Source of the DNA: Bacillota bacterium
GTDB taxonomy: Bacteria > Bacillota > Clostridia > Monoglobales > Firm-18
Length of the DNA stretch: 64,000 nt
Assembly: GCA_023228885.1 (NCBI GenBank)
Contig: JALOAJ010000009.1
Location: 182-64,181, forward strand
Reading direction: 5' to 3'
How positions within the stretch are numbered: position 1 is the stretch's first letter; the number at the start of each line of letters is the position of its first letter. The notes beneath the pieces are model-generated. The model ran no database searches and was not told the origin of the DNA. It saw nothing but the letters and a program-made list of their open reading frames with translations. The position numbers and the translations under genes were made by a program. This document shows, in pieces, positions 44,057-52,330 of this stretch.

Positions 44057-46749
44057 TGTTCCATTTCCTCCGTAAAGCTAATTATTCTTCCGACGACCGT
44101 TGCTGCCTCCGCTCTTGTAGCATTTTCCTTTGCCCTGAACAGCCCTTCGCCGGTTCCTTTCAGTATGTTGTGCACCGTCATAAACCTTACTGCTTGCTTC
44201 GCATAATCGGAAACCTCGTCCGCATCAATATATTCCGAATATTTCTCGTCAACATTAAACTCAAAATCCAACAGAATAAATACTCGATATGCTATTGCTG
44301 CCATTTCCTCACGAGTAATTCCATCCTCTGCTCCGAAATTCCCTCCACCCTTGCCGGCAACCAATCCCAACTTGTATGCCGATGCGACATATTCGTAAAA
44401 CCAACTGTCATTTTGTACATCCCCAAAGGCGCATATCGCATTAGTATCATAAAAATCAAAGGCAAGCACTATCATTTTAACAAATTCCGCTCGGGTCACT
44501 TGTCCGTTTCCGTCAAATCTGCCATCCTCCCTGCCGTTGATTATCCCCCTAAGATTCAGCATATAAATTGACTCCCGCGCCCACTCAAAATCAACCATGT
44601 CCGCAAATTCGTTAACATACAGAACATTTTCTTTAGGCAAACTCTGATATATATTCTCATCCGATTTAAAGGGCGCGCCGGAAATTGAAGCGCGTCCTGC
44701 CCCCCCGCCGCCGGCAGTCCTATTTTCCTCCGATACGCTTTTATATGCCAAAATCAAAGCAGCTGGGATATCTTCATATTCCCCTATATTCATGGCTTTA
44801 AGCTTGAACAGTGCGCTGTTTACATGCTTGGTCGGTATGTCGGATAAAGAAATTATACAAACCCCCCTATATCGTTCAAAGATATTGACTAAATCCGGCG
44901 CATAAGTATTTTTGAAAACATCAAGGGCAACCGCCCTTTCAAATATAACTTTAACTGCTGCCAGACTTATCGGCAACGCCTCGCCGCTTATTTGTTCTAA
45001 CAATTGTTCCAGTATTCCGCTCCGAACAGAAGTGCTTAAATTTAAAAAATCCGGCATATAAATGTCAAATGCGTCGGCATTCTCTGTTAAACTGTTTAAA
45101 AGCTCATCCTTTGACGAAGCGGCGATTATCGCCGCAAGTGCAAAGGCATCTTGAGCATCCTCGTATAACTTTACCATGCCGTCGGCGGAAATATCATAAT
45201 CGGATTTATCTAAATAATTTTTTATTAAAGAAAATAAAAGCTCGTCTTTTGCGTTGTCAAACACAACCGCATCGGGGAACAAAACCTTAAAATCATCAAT
45301 TAGGGCTTTAAAATATTCCACATCCTTTGCCTCATCCAAATTATTTATGAAATTCATAAAATCACCCGATAAATCCACCGATTTAAAGCTGCCGAATATA
45401 AAATTTACAACCTTGCCGTTGCTGTTGTAAAGGCTTATTGCAACATCATAGCGACCTATGCAAGGGATATTATAAGTAAATGAATATGTGCTCCCGCTCG
45501 CCGGAGCATCGTAAACGATATTTCCGTTCACCTCAATCGCCACACGCGCCACCTTGGCTATCTCGCCTTCGGCGCTTACAGAAATGTCCAACGGGGCAAC
45601 ATCGTACATATCACGGTCAAAGATTCTCTCTTCGGCAAAATCAACAGGCGGAATTTCAAGCTGTATCTCTCTTATTCGAAACCTCGTCTTGGTTTGAGTA
45701 AATATCCGAAACTGCGATGCCTGCACAGGCTCAAAATCAATCGATACGATAGCGCTATTGTTGTTTGCCACCTGTGAATCAGATATGGCAACCCATGCAT
45801 TGTTTTTATAATATTGTACAACAAAACTGTCAAGTATGTCTGATGTAACGCCGCCGTCAAATGACGGACCGCTGCAGACAACCGCCCTGCTCACCTTAAC
45901 CTCTTTGTCAAGGGTAAATTCCGCATAATTATTACCCGAATTATTGCTTTCAGGGTCTTGTAAATACCACTTAGTGTCCAAATTCCCGGGTGAACTTTCC
46001 CTAAGACCGTCAACTAAAGCAGTCTTTTTAGGACAGTCACCGCCGGTTAGATAAATTTTATCCTCCGGCAGACCGAACAGAACATTTTTTGTAACATCAT
46101 AGTCATAACCGCCATAGTTTTCGTCATCTCCGTCATCATCGTCAAAATCCTCCCGGTCAATGTCATAAGCTTCGATTTCAAGTACCCTAAACGCATTCGG
46201 GAAGTTAGAACCAACCGTACCGCTGCCTCCCCCAATGGCAATTCTGATTCTCTCCACCATAATTCTGTTAAATTCGACCGTCAAAACCTGTGTTGGGTCA
46301 GACAAATTGATCTGCTCGTCAAAGCTATGTATCCTGACTGTCTGCCAATTAGAATCCGATGAACTTTTATACTCAACGCTGATATCGCTTTTATTTATAA
46401 GCTCCTGCGGACCTGTCGCCATCAAGTATCTCCCCGCGTAAAGCATTATCCTATTAAAAGAGGTATCACCGCCGAAATTATAAACAACATATGGTTTCGG
46501 GTTGGGGTTCGCCGGCGGAACAGTTATGTACCACTTGTTAGTTCCACCAATTTGATTTTTTACCCCATCGGTTAGAATTGTGCCAAGCTCGCTCCCGCCG
46601 CCGATGTCCCCGGTCGGATAAAATGTTTCCGCAGGAATTCCCTCTAAAATATTAACAGCCTCTGCATTTGTTGCCGGCATTAAACTAAATGTTAAGCAAA
46701 AAGCAATGCACACACAAATGCTTTCTCTTCCAAAAAACTTTAAAACCAT
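44053..46749 (-). CDS. SLH-domain cell-wall-anchored protein with two N-terminal discoidin domains, an Ig-like domain, a helical region, a Gly run and 3 x SLH
   Basis: The discoidin modules end FRVLEIEAYD and FRIREIQLE. The linker is TAGGGGAGRAS. SLH repeats: FADMVDFEWARESIYMLNLRGIINGREDGRFDGNGQVTRAEFVKMI; FGDVQNDSWFYEYVASAYKLGLVAGKGGGNFGAEDGITREEMAAIA; YIDADEVSDYAKQAVRFMTVHNILKGTGEGLFRAKENATRAEAATVV. Confidence 0.9.
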   Translation of the reverse strand: MVLKFFGRESICVCIAFCLTFSLMPATNAEAVNILEGIPAETFYPTGDIGGGSELGTILTDGVKNQIGGTNKWYITVPPANPNPKPYVVYNFGGDTSFNRIMLYAGRYLMATGPQELINKSDISVEYKSSSDSNWQTVRIHSFDEQINLSDPTQVLTVEFNRIMVERIRIAIGGGSGTVGSNFPNAFRVLEIEAYDIDREDFDDDDGDDENYGGYDYDVTKNVLFGLPEDKIYLTGGDCPKKTALVDGLRESSPGNLDTKWYLQDPESNNSGNNYAEFTLDKEVKVSRAVVCSGPSFDGGVTSDILDSFVVQYYKNNAWVAISDSQVANNNSAIVSIDFEPVQASQFRIFTQTKTRFRIREIQLEIPPVDFAEERIFDRDMYDVAPLDISVSAEGEIAKVARVAIEVNGNIVYDAPASGSTYSFTYNIPCIGRYDVAISLYNSNGKVVNFIFGSFKSVDLSGDFMNFINNLDEAKDVEYFKALIDDFKVLFPDAVVFDNAKDELLFSLIKNYLDKSDYDISADGMVKLYEDAQDAFALAAIIAASSKDELLNSLTENADAFDIYMPDFLNLSTSVRSGILEQLLEQISGEALPISLAAVKVIFERAVALDVFKNTYAPDLVNIFERYRGVCIISLSDIPTKHVNSALFKLKAMNIGEYEDIPAALILAYKSVSEENRTAGGGGAGRASISGAPFKSDENIYQSLPKENVLYVNEFADMVDFEWARESIYMLNLRGIINGREDGRFDGNGQVTRAEFVKMIVLAFDFYDTNAICAFGDVQNDSWFYEYVASAYKLGLVAGKGGGNFGAEDGITREEMAAIAYRVFILLDFEFNVDEKYSEYIDADEVSDYAKQAVRFMTVHNILKGTGEGLFRAKENATRAEAATVVGRIISFTEEMEQ

Positions 46750-46807
46750 ATTTCCAGTCCCCCACCTATTTTATTATTTGATTCAATTGTAACGCAAACA
46801 ATACTCA

Positions 46808-46893
46808 CTTTCAACTGCCAAAAAATTATATAAACAACAATTTTGTTATATGCAACAAATTGTACACAAATCCGATATTTGGGCAGTTGAAAG
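46808..46893. promoter_or_regulatory. 12-bp perfect inverted repeat bracketing the centre of the divergent control region
   Basis: CTTTCAACTGCC (46808-46819) and GGCAGTTGAAAG (46882-46893) lie 62 nt apart, between the ATG at 46749 (- strand operon) and the TTG at 47011 (+ strand operon). Confidence 0.4.
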
Positions 46894-47010
46894 CGCAGCC
46901 GCATAGTATTACACTAAATATAACAAAAGATTTTTAATAACCAATTCCAAAGTCTGGCATGAAGTTTTAACACATGACTGTATAAACATTAGCAGGGGGA
47001 TGGAAGCAAA

Positions 47011-48090
47011 TTGTATAATTATGTTTACAAATCGGCGCTTGAAAACTTGGAAAAATTTTGGAACAGAGAGAATGTTGACAGGTGTGTCCTTGCTGTTACT
47101 GCTCCGCTGACCGAAAAGCAGTACAGAAAACCGAAAAGCCTTGAGGAAAAGTGGCTTGATGCCGAGTTCATATATCAAAAGTTCAAATTTAATGTTGAAA
47201 ATACATATTTCTGCGCAGATGCCGCCCCTATGTTTTTTACCAATTTGGGACCGGGCGTGCTGTCCGCCTGTGTCGGCGGGGATTTTGTCCTTGCCGAAAA
47301 TACAATCTGGTTTGATAAAAACCCTATTGTGACCGATTGGAACAATTTACCCGATATAAGGTTCTATGAGGAAAGCAAAATGTGGAAGCATATAATTCGG
47401 CTGCAAAACCGATTCTTGCACGACAAAAACACAAATGTGTCTGTAACCGACTTAGGTGGAACCCTTGATATTATAGCATCTCTGCGGGGCACAGAAGAAT
47501 TGCTGTTTGATTTATATGATAATCCTAAGCATGTCAAGGCTTTGGTAAAGAAGGTCAACAAAATATGGTTTGACGCTTTTAACCGCCAAATTGAGCTGGT
47601 CGGTTCCACGGGACTTCCTTATAACAATTGGATGAACATACCCTCGTCTAAGCCGTGGTTTCCGCTGCAATGCGATTTTTCAGCAATGATTTCTCCTGCA
47701 CAATTTGAAGAATTTGTGTTGCCGGGGCTGATAGAACAGACAAATTATATGGAGCGTTCAATTTACCATCTGGACGGATGCGGTGCAATACCTCACCTTG
47801 ACATGATTCTTGATATTCCGAAGCTGACCGGCATACAATGGACTGCAGGTGCCGGTCAGCCGCCCTTATGGGCTGAATGTTGGCTGGATATGTATAAAAA
47901 AATACAAAGTAAAAAGAAAAATCTCGTTCTTTTAGACGGCCTGTCGGAACATGATAAAACCGGCGCCGAGAAGCTCATCAAAACATTAGACCCTACCGGC
48001 TTATACATAAGCGCAGGTTGCTGCAACAAAGCAGCGGCAGAAAGATTGACCGAATGTGTGTTCAGTTGGTATAAAGGAAGGAGAAAGTGA
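47011..48090 (+). CDS. URO-D-like protein, paralog B
   Basis: Paralog of 10961..12037 with matching length and N-terminus (KSALENLEKFWNRENVDRCVL versus EEIFQRFHAWWKHEETERPMM). TTG start 10 nt after GGGGGA. The stop overlaps the next start (GTGA). Confidence 0.55.
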   Translation: MYNYVYKSALENLEKFWNRENVDRCVLAVTAPLTEKQYRKPKSLEEKWLDAEFIYQKFKFNVENTYFCADAAPMFFTNLGPGVLSACVGGDFVLAENTIWFDKNPIVTDWNNLPDIRFYEESKMWKHIIRLQNRFLHDKNTNVSVTDLGGTLDIIASLRGTEELLFDLYDNPKHVKALVKKVNKIWFDAFNRQIELVGSTGLPYNNWMNIPSSKPWFPLQCDFSAMISPAQFEEFVLPGLIEQTNYMERSIYHLDGCGAIPHLDMILDIPKLTGIQWTAGAGQPPLWAECWLDMYKKIQSKKKNLVLLDGLSEHDKTGAEKLIKTLDPTGLYISAGCCNKAAAERLTECVFSWYKGRRK

Positions 48091-49010
48091 GATTTTTGAA
48101 AGCGCATCTGAAGCTTTTATCAAAAGACATTAAAAAAAATTATAGCGCATATTTATTGGTGCTGCCCGTTATTTTATTTTATGCATACTTTTCCTATGTT
48201 CCGATGTACGGTGCGGTTATAGCGTTTAAAGATTATAGTCCCGCCCTTGGTATAGTCAAAAGCCCGTTCGTGGGGTTAGAGCATTTTAGGAACTTCTTTT
48301 CAAGCGTCTATTTCCTAAGGGTGCTCAAAAACACGATAAACATAAGCTTAACCGGGCTGCTATTCGGCTTTCCCGCCCCAATCATATTAGCTTTGTTAAT
48401 AAGCGAGCTAACAAAAAAATGGTTTGCCAGAACAGTTCAAACGATTACATATCTGCCGCATTTTATTTCACTTGTTGTAATTTGCGGAATGATAAGCCAA
48501 TTTACAACCACCGGCGGTATAATACAAAATATATATGCCGCCGTCACCGGCAACACAATAAGTATGCTAAACGACCCTAAGCTTTTTGTTCCGATTTATG
48601 TTGTGTCGGGAATATGGCAAGAGGTCGGTTGGGGTTCCATTATCTATTTGGCGGCGCTGTCGGCGGTTGACCATGAACTCTACGAGGCTGCAACAATAGA
48701 TGGAGCGGGGCGGCTAAAACAAATTTTCGCCATAACGCTCCCTTCAATAATGCCAACGATTGTTACTTTGTTTATATTGCGCCTCGGCAGTGCGTTAAAT
48801 GTCGGTCATGAAAAAATAATATTGCTGTACAATCCCATGACATATGAAACTTCGGATGTTATTTCTTCCTTTGTATACCGGGCGGGTCTCCAAAGCTTCA
48901 AATACGATTATGCCACCGCGGTGGGGCTGTTTAATTCGGTCATAAATTTTGCAATTGTATTGTCGGCAAACTACATGAGCAAAAAAATCAACAACACAAG
49001 TTTGTGGTGA
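48087..49010 (+). CDS. Carbohydrate ABC transporter permease (LplB/YteP-like)
   Basis: FSYVPMYGAVIAFKDYS signature and the EAA loop EAATIDGAGRLKQIFAITLPSIMPTI. The GTG start overlaps the upstream TGA. Confidence 0.9.
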   Translation: MRFLKAHLKLLSKDIKKNYSAYLLVLPVILFYAYFSYVPMYGAVIAFKDYSPALGIVKSPFVGLEHFRNFFSSVYFLRVLKNTINISLTGLLFGFPAPIILALLISELTKKWFARTVQTITYLPHFISLVVICGMISQFTTTGGIIQNIYAAVTGNTISMLNDPKLFVPIYVVSGIWQEVGWGSIIYLAALSAVDHELYEAATIDGAGRLKQIFAITLPSIMPTIVTLFILRLGSALNVGHEKIILLYNPMTYETSDVISSFVYRAGLQSFKYDYATAVGLFNSVINFAIVLSANYMSKKINNTSLW

Positions 49011-49020
49011 AGGAGAAAAC

Positions 49021-49953
49021 ATGATTAAAAAAAGCAGTTCTCGTATAATGTTTGAAGTTTTTAACGGTGTGTTCATGACAGCGCTTGTGGCGGTAACACT
49101 ATATCCTCTGCTGTATGTGATGCTTGCTTCGTTCAGCGAGCCGGTGCGGTTTATTTCACATAAAGGCTTTCTGCTGCGCCCGCTCGGTTTTTCCACGGTG
49201 GCATACAAAAGGGCTTTTGACCACCCTATGATTGCAAGCGGATTTAAAAACACATTTTTTATCATTATTGTCGGGGGGGCTTTAAGCGTTCTGCTTACTT
49301 CAATCGGCGCATATTTCATGTCTCGAAAAAATCTTATGCTCCGAAAACCAATTTCATTCATGATTATTTTCACCATGTTTTTTGGAGGTGGGTTAATACC
49401 GTTCTATTTTGCAGTCAGAAACTTTACAATTTTCATCCCGTGGATTGTAAACGGCGCATTTGTCTTTAAGGCGCTAAACATTTACAACACACTATTTGCC
49501 GTTATAATTCCGGTGTGCATCAACACATATAATCTTATCGTATTGCGGACCGGCTTTATGTCAATTCCGGACAGTATAGAGGAGTCGGCAAAAATCGATG
49601 GCGCAGGTCATCTTACGGTACTATTTAAAATAATTATGCCGCTCGCAAAGGCGAACATTGCAGTAATAACTCTGTATTACGGTGTTGGCTACTGGAACTC
49701 ATGGTTTAATGCATCAATATTCCTTGCAGACAACACTCTACACCCTTTACAGCTTGTGTTGAGACAAATACTGCTTATCAATTCCGCCGACAGCTCAATG
49801 ATTGCCGGAGTTGATGTGTCGGACAGGCTTGCAGTAGGTGAAACGATAAAATATGCAAGCATCGTTATAGCTACTGTTCCAATACTGTTTGTGTATCCGC
49901 TTTTGCAAAAATATTTTGTAAAGGGAGTGATGGTAGGGGCAGTTAAGGGATAA
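49021..49953 (+). CDS. Carbohydrate ABC transporter permease (LplC/YtcP-like)
   Basis: PLGFSTVAYKRAFDHPMIASGFKNT and the EAA loop ESAKIDGAGHLTVLFKIIMPLAKANIAVI. Confidence 0.9.
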   Translation: MIKKSSSRIMFEVFNGVFMTALVAVTLYPLLYVMLASFSEPVRFISHKGFLLRPLGFSTVAYKRAFDHPMIASGFKNTFFIIIVGGALSVLLTSIGAYFMSRKNLMLRKPISFMIIFTMFFGGGLIPFYFAVRNFTIFIPWIVNGAFVFKALNIYNTLFAVIIPVCINTYNLIVLRTGFMSIPDSIEESAKIDGAGHLTVLFKIIMPLAKANIAVITLYYGVGYWNSWFNASIFLADNTLHPLQLVLRQILLINSADSSMIAGVDVSDRLAVGETIKYASIVIATVPILFVYPLLQKYFVKGVMVGAVKG

Positions 49954-50053
49954 TATAACAAATTTGCACTTTTTATAACAAAGCGGCAATAGCGTTTTCT
50001 TAACTTAATATGTTACAATAAGAGTAATAATAAAATATTCAAGGGGGTAAATT

Positions 50054-51529
50054 ATGTTTAAAAAAACATTCTGTTTGGCAGCGATTTTCATCTTGGCATT
50101 TCAAATCTTTACCACAGCATCACCTGCACAGCCGATTAATCTATTGAGCAATCTACCTGTGGAATCCTCATGGGCAAGTTCGTGGAATTTCAGCGGCACA
50201 GGCGGGAGCGGCTCAATAACGAATTTAGGTACGGCATTAACCGATGGCAAAGCAACATGGAGCGACCCAAGGCTTTATGTTTTGTTCGCCAACAACAGTG
50301 ATAAAAAAGCATCTTTTGCTTATGATTTCGGCGCCCCGGAAGCAATAAACAATTTGGTCTTTTGCGGCGGTTATTGGAACAATGCTGAATATCGCGACTA
50401 TTTGATATACCAAAATATCTGGCTTTATTATTGCAACGATGAAGTTCTCACAGAAGAAAGTATATGGACTCAGGTTGATTTTTTAGCTTATAAAGATACA
50501 AAAACAACGGCGGCAAATGCAACTCCTGCACAATGGCTGTCTATAACCTTTTCCGATATAACAGCCCGTCGGATAAAAATAGAAATCGGCGCAGGCGGGG
50601 GGGATTCAGGAAGCAATCCTTCCGGCTTTAGGTTATTTGAAATTGAGGCATATAGAAACCCACCGCTAGAACTGCTCGTTACCGAAACCTATGGTCAATT
50701 AAGCGCAGGGAATGCATTTAATGTTTTCCAAACTGTTAAAAACAACTCCGCCCCCAGCGCTACGGCAGTTTCGACGGTTGCCATTTTCAATAGCGATAAT
50801 AAGCTGGTTGATGTAGCAATGAGCAGCGGCACAAGCCTTTCAACCTCCGACCCCACACGAATAGGCATCGGCTTTGCGGCTTTAAATCCCGCTGTTGATT
50901 CAGACAGCTACGCCAAAATATTTATATGGGATGGTTTGACGAACATATTGCCGCACTTTAAGTCGCGCACATTCAGACAGTCGGACAACTTGCTGGCTGG
51001 ATTAGAAATAGAAGACTCAAAGACTACCGATTGGAACTACGGGGGAACTATGCATGCCGGCACTAATCTATCCGGTAACACTATACTTACTGACGGTGAC
51101 AAAACAACCGACAGGATTTATCTTGATTATGCCTCAAACATAAACAAATCATATATCGTATATAATATCGGATGTGAGAAAGCCATAAATAATTTAGTCT
51201 TTTACGCCGGGCGTTTTGCAACCCCGCTTACCCACAACAATGGATACTATGAATGCTTAATCCCTGCTAATATCAAACTTTTTTACTGTAATACGCCCCA
51301 ATTTACCGAGTGGACGGAAATCTCCAATATACGCTCCGAAGAAACAAAGATTAGCGAAGGCATTGGCGAGGGGGGCTCTACCGCACAAGTTTTGTCTATG
51401 ACTTTCCCCGAAACGCAAATTCGCCGATTGAAAATAGAAATCGGGTCGGGGACCGGGCGCGAAGGGGGTAACAGTACCGGCTATGGTTACAGAATTTTTG
51501 AAATAGAAGCGTTTAGGCTTGCGGATTAA
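50054..51529 (+). CDS. Secreted non-catalytic protein: discoidin-like domain, shared beta-sandwich module, discoidin-like domain
   Basis: Signal peptide MFKKTFCLAAIFILAFQIFTTASPA. The two discoidin-like modules end FRLFEIEAYR and YRIFEIEAFR. The middle module reads VSTVAIFNSDNKLVDV...AKIFIWDGLTNILPH. Confidence 0.7.
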   Translation: MFKKTFCLAAIFILAFQIFTTASPAQPINLLSNLPVESSWASSWNFSGTGGSGSITNLGTALTDGKATWSDPRLYVLFANNSDKKASFAYDFGAPEAINNLVFCGGYWNNAEYRDYLIYQNIWLYYCNDEVLTEESIWTQVDFLAYKDTKTTAANATPAQWLSITFSDITARRIKIEIGAGGGDSGSNPSGFRLFEIEAYRNPPLELLVTETYGQLSAGNAFNVFQTVKNNSAPSATAVSTVAIFNSDNKLVDVAMSSGTSLSTSDPTRIGIGFAALNPAVDSDSYAKIFIWDGLTNILPHFKSRTFRQSDNLLAGLEIEDSKTTDWNYGGTMHAGTNLSGNTILTDGDKTTDRIYLDYASNINKSYIVYNIGCEKAINNLVFYAGRFATPLTHNNGYYECLIPANIKLFYCNTPQFTEWTEISNIRSEETKISEGIGEGGSTAQVLSMTFPETQIRRLKIEIGSGTGREGGNSTGYGYRIFEIEAFRLAD

Positions 51530-51637
51530 ATCAAAAGCAAAGATGCCTAAAAGACAGGTTTTCTGCTACAAAAATTCTTATGTCGCAGCAGTATATTTTT
51601 TAGGAAATTCAACCCTTTTGTAATAATAACAATTATA

Positions 51638-51672
51638 AATGCGGGATAGCCGAGCTATGGTTACCCCGCATT
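51638..51672 (+). terminator. Terminator-like hairpin ~110 nt after the discoidin gene
   Basis: AATGCGGG (51638-51645) pairs with CCCGCATT (51665-51672). The loop contains the mini-stem ATAGC/GCTAT. The T tract is weak. Confidence 0.4.
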
Positions 51673-51909
51673 TAATAATGCCTCTTTGCAATAGCTGAGT
51701 TTGGGCTGCTTAAAAAGTCGAGATACTGTTCCTTTAACGAATATGCTTTCAGTATGTTTTCCGAGGCGCATAGCATAATGTCAACCTGTTGCTTTTTCGC
51801 TATACTAATGTGCGGGTTTTAGATGATTTTAAGAAAGAAATAAACTGACTAAAATAGTCCGTTTTTGACTACTTTTGTTCTAACGCAACAGACAAAATAA
51901 CAAAAGAAA

Positions 51910-51939
51910 AACCGCTATGAATTTTGAATTCATGCGGTT
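51910..51939. terminator. 13-bp (one bulge) hairpin flanked by an A-run and a T-run, possibly a bidirectional terminator at the island/element border
   Basis: AACCGC(T)ATGAATT, loop TTG, AATTCATGCGGTT. It is preceded by AAAAA and followed by TATT. Confidence 0.45.
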
Positions 51940-52059
51940 TATTGGTGGTGAGCCAAGGCTTTCCAAAGGCGAACTTTTGTATTTTAACCAAGTTTTTGTG
52001 ATGGTAATACATTTTTAATTTAAAATTATGATTTCAATCGCAAGTATTATCAAATAACC

Positions 52060-52089
52060 TCCTGCCTATCACTTTATAATTAGGCAGGA
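52060..52089 (-). terminator. Terminator of the minus-strand cargo operon
   Basis: TCCTGCCTA (52060-52068) pairs with TAGGCAGGA (52081-52089) across a 12-nt loop, ~30 nt downstream of the 65-aa ORF stop. GGTTATTTGAT follows on the minus strand. Confidence 0.55.
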
Positions 52090-52117
52090 CATTATTTAAT
52101 GTAGTTTTGGTATTTTT

Positions 52118-52315
52118 CTACTCCTCATTTTTTGTGCTTGTTTCCAAAGAAGTTCCACTAGAATTTTTAGTATAAGTGGTTAAATCTTGCGCACGCTGTT
52201 CAGATGACAATCCATTTTGTATAACTGGAATTTCGGGTAAAGATGTATTTGTATCAATATTATTAACGCTCGTCTCAACAATTTTTACAATATCATCAAA
52301 ACTATCATTGCCCAT
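52118..52315 (-). CDS. Small acidic Ser/Thr-rich hypothetical protein (65 aa)
   Basis: RBS AAAGGAG lies 8 nt upstream of ATG 52315, immediately after the stop of the 3-TM gene. No recognisable motif. Confidence 0.55.
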   Translation of the reverse strand: MGNDSFDDIVKIVETSVNNIDTNTSLPEIPVIQNGLSSEQRAQDLTTYTKNSSGTSLETSTKNEE

Positions 52316-52330
52316 ATAAGCAACTCCTTT

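Noticed and set aside
44032-44571. 179-aa + strand ORF spanning the junction of the SLH gene and its partner
   Set aside because: It is antisense to two strongly supported genes. The sequence is low-complexity (C/R/I-rich) and there is no RBS.
46909-47178. 89-aa minus-strand ORF in the divergent promoter region
   Set aside because: It overlaps the start of the URO-D-like gene and the control region. It has no RBS, and its sequence is not protein-like.
48795-49376. 193-aa minus-strand ORF over the permease genes
   Set aside because: It is antisense to two ABC permease genes with clear EAA motifs. It is a typical shadow ORF.
51931-52017. Short + strand frame MRFIGGEPRLSKGELLYFNQVFVMVIHF* resembling the recombinase tail; the region was also checked for a tRNA
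   Set aside because: It is too short, with no RBS and no upstream recombinase body. No cloverleaf or T-loop (GTTCGAATC-like) sequence is present. It is kept only as part of the att-site and relic hypothesis.
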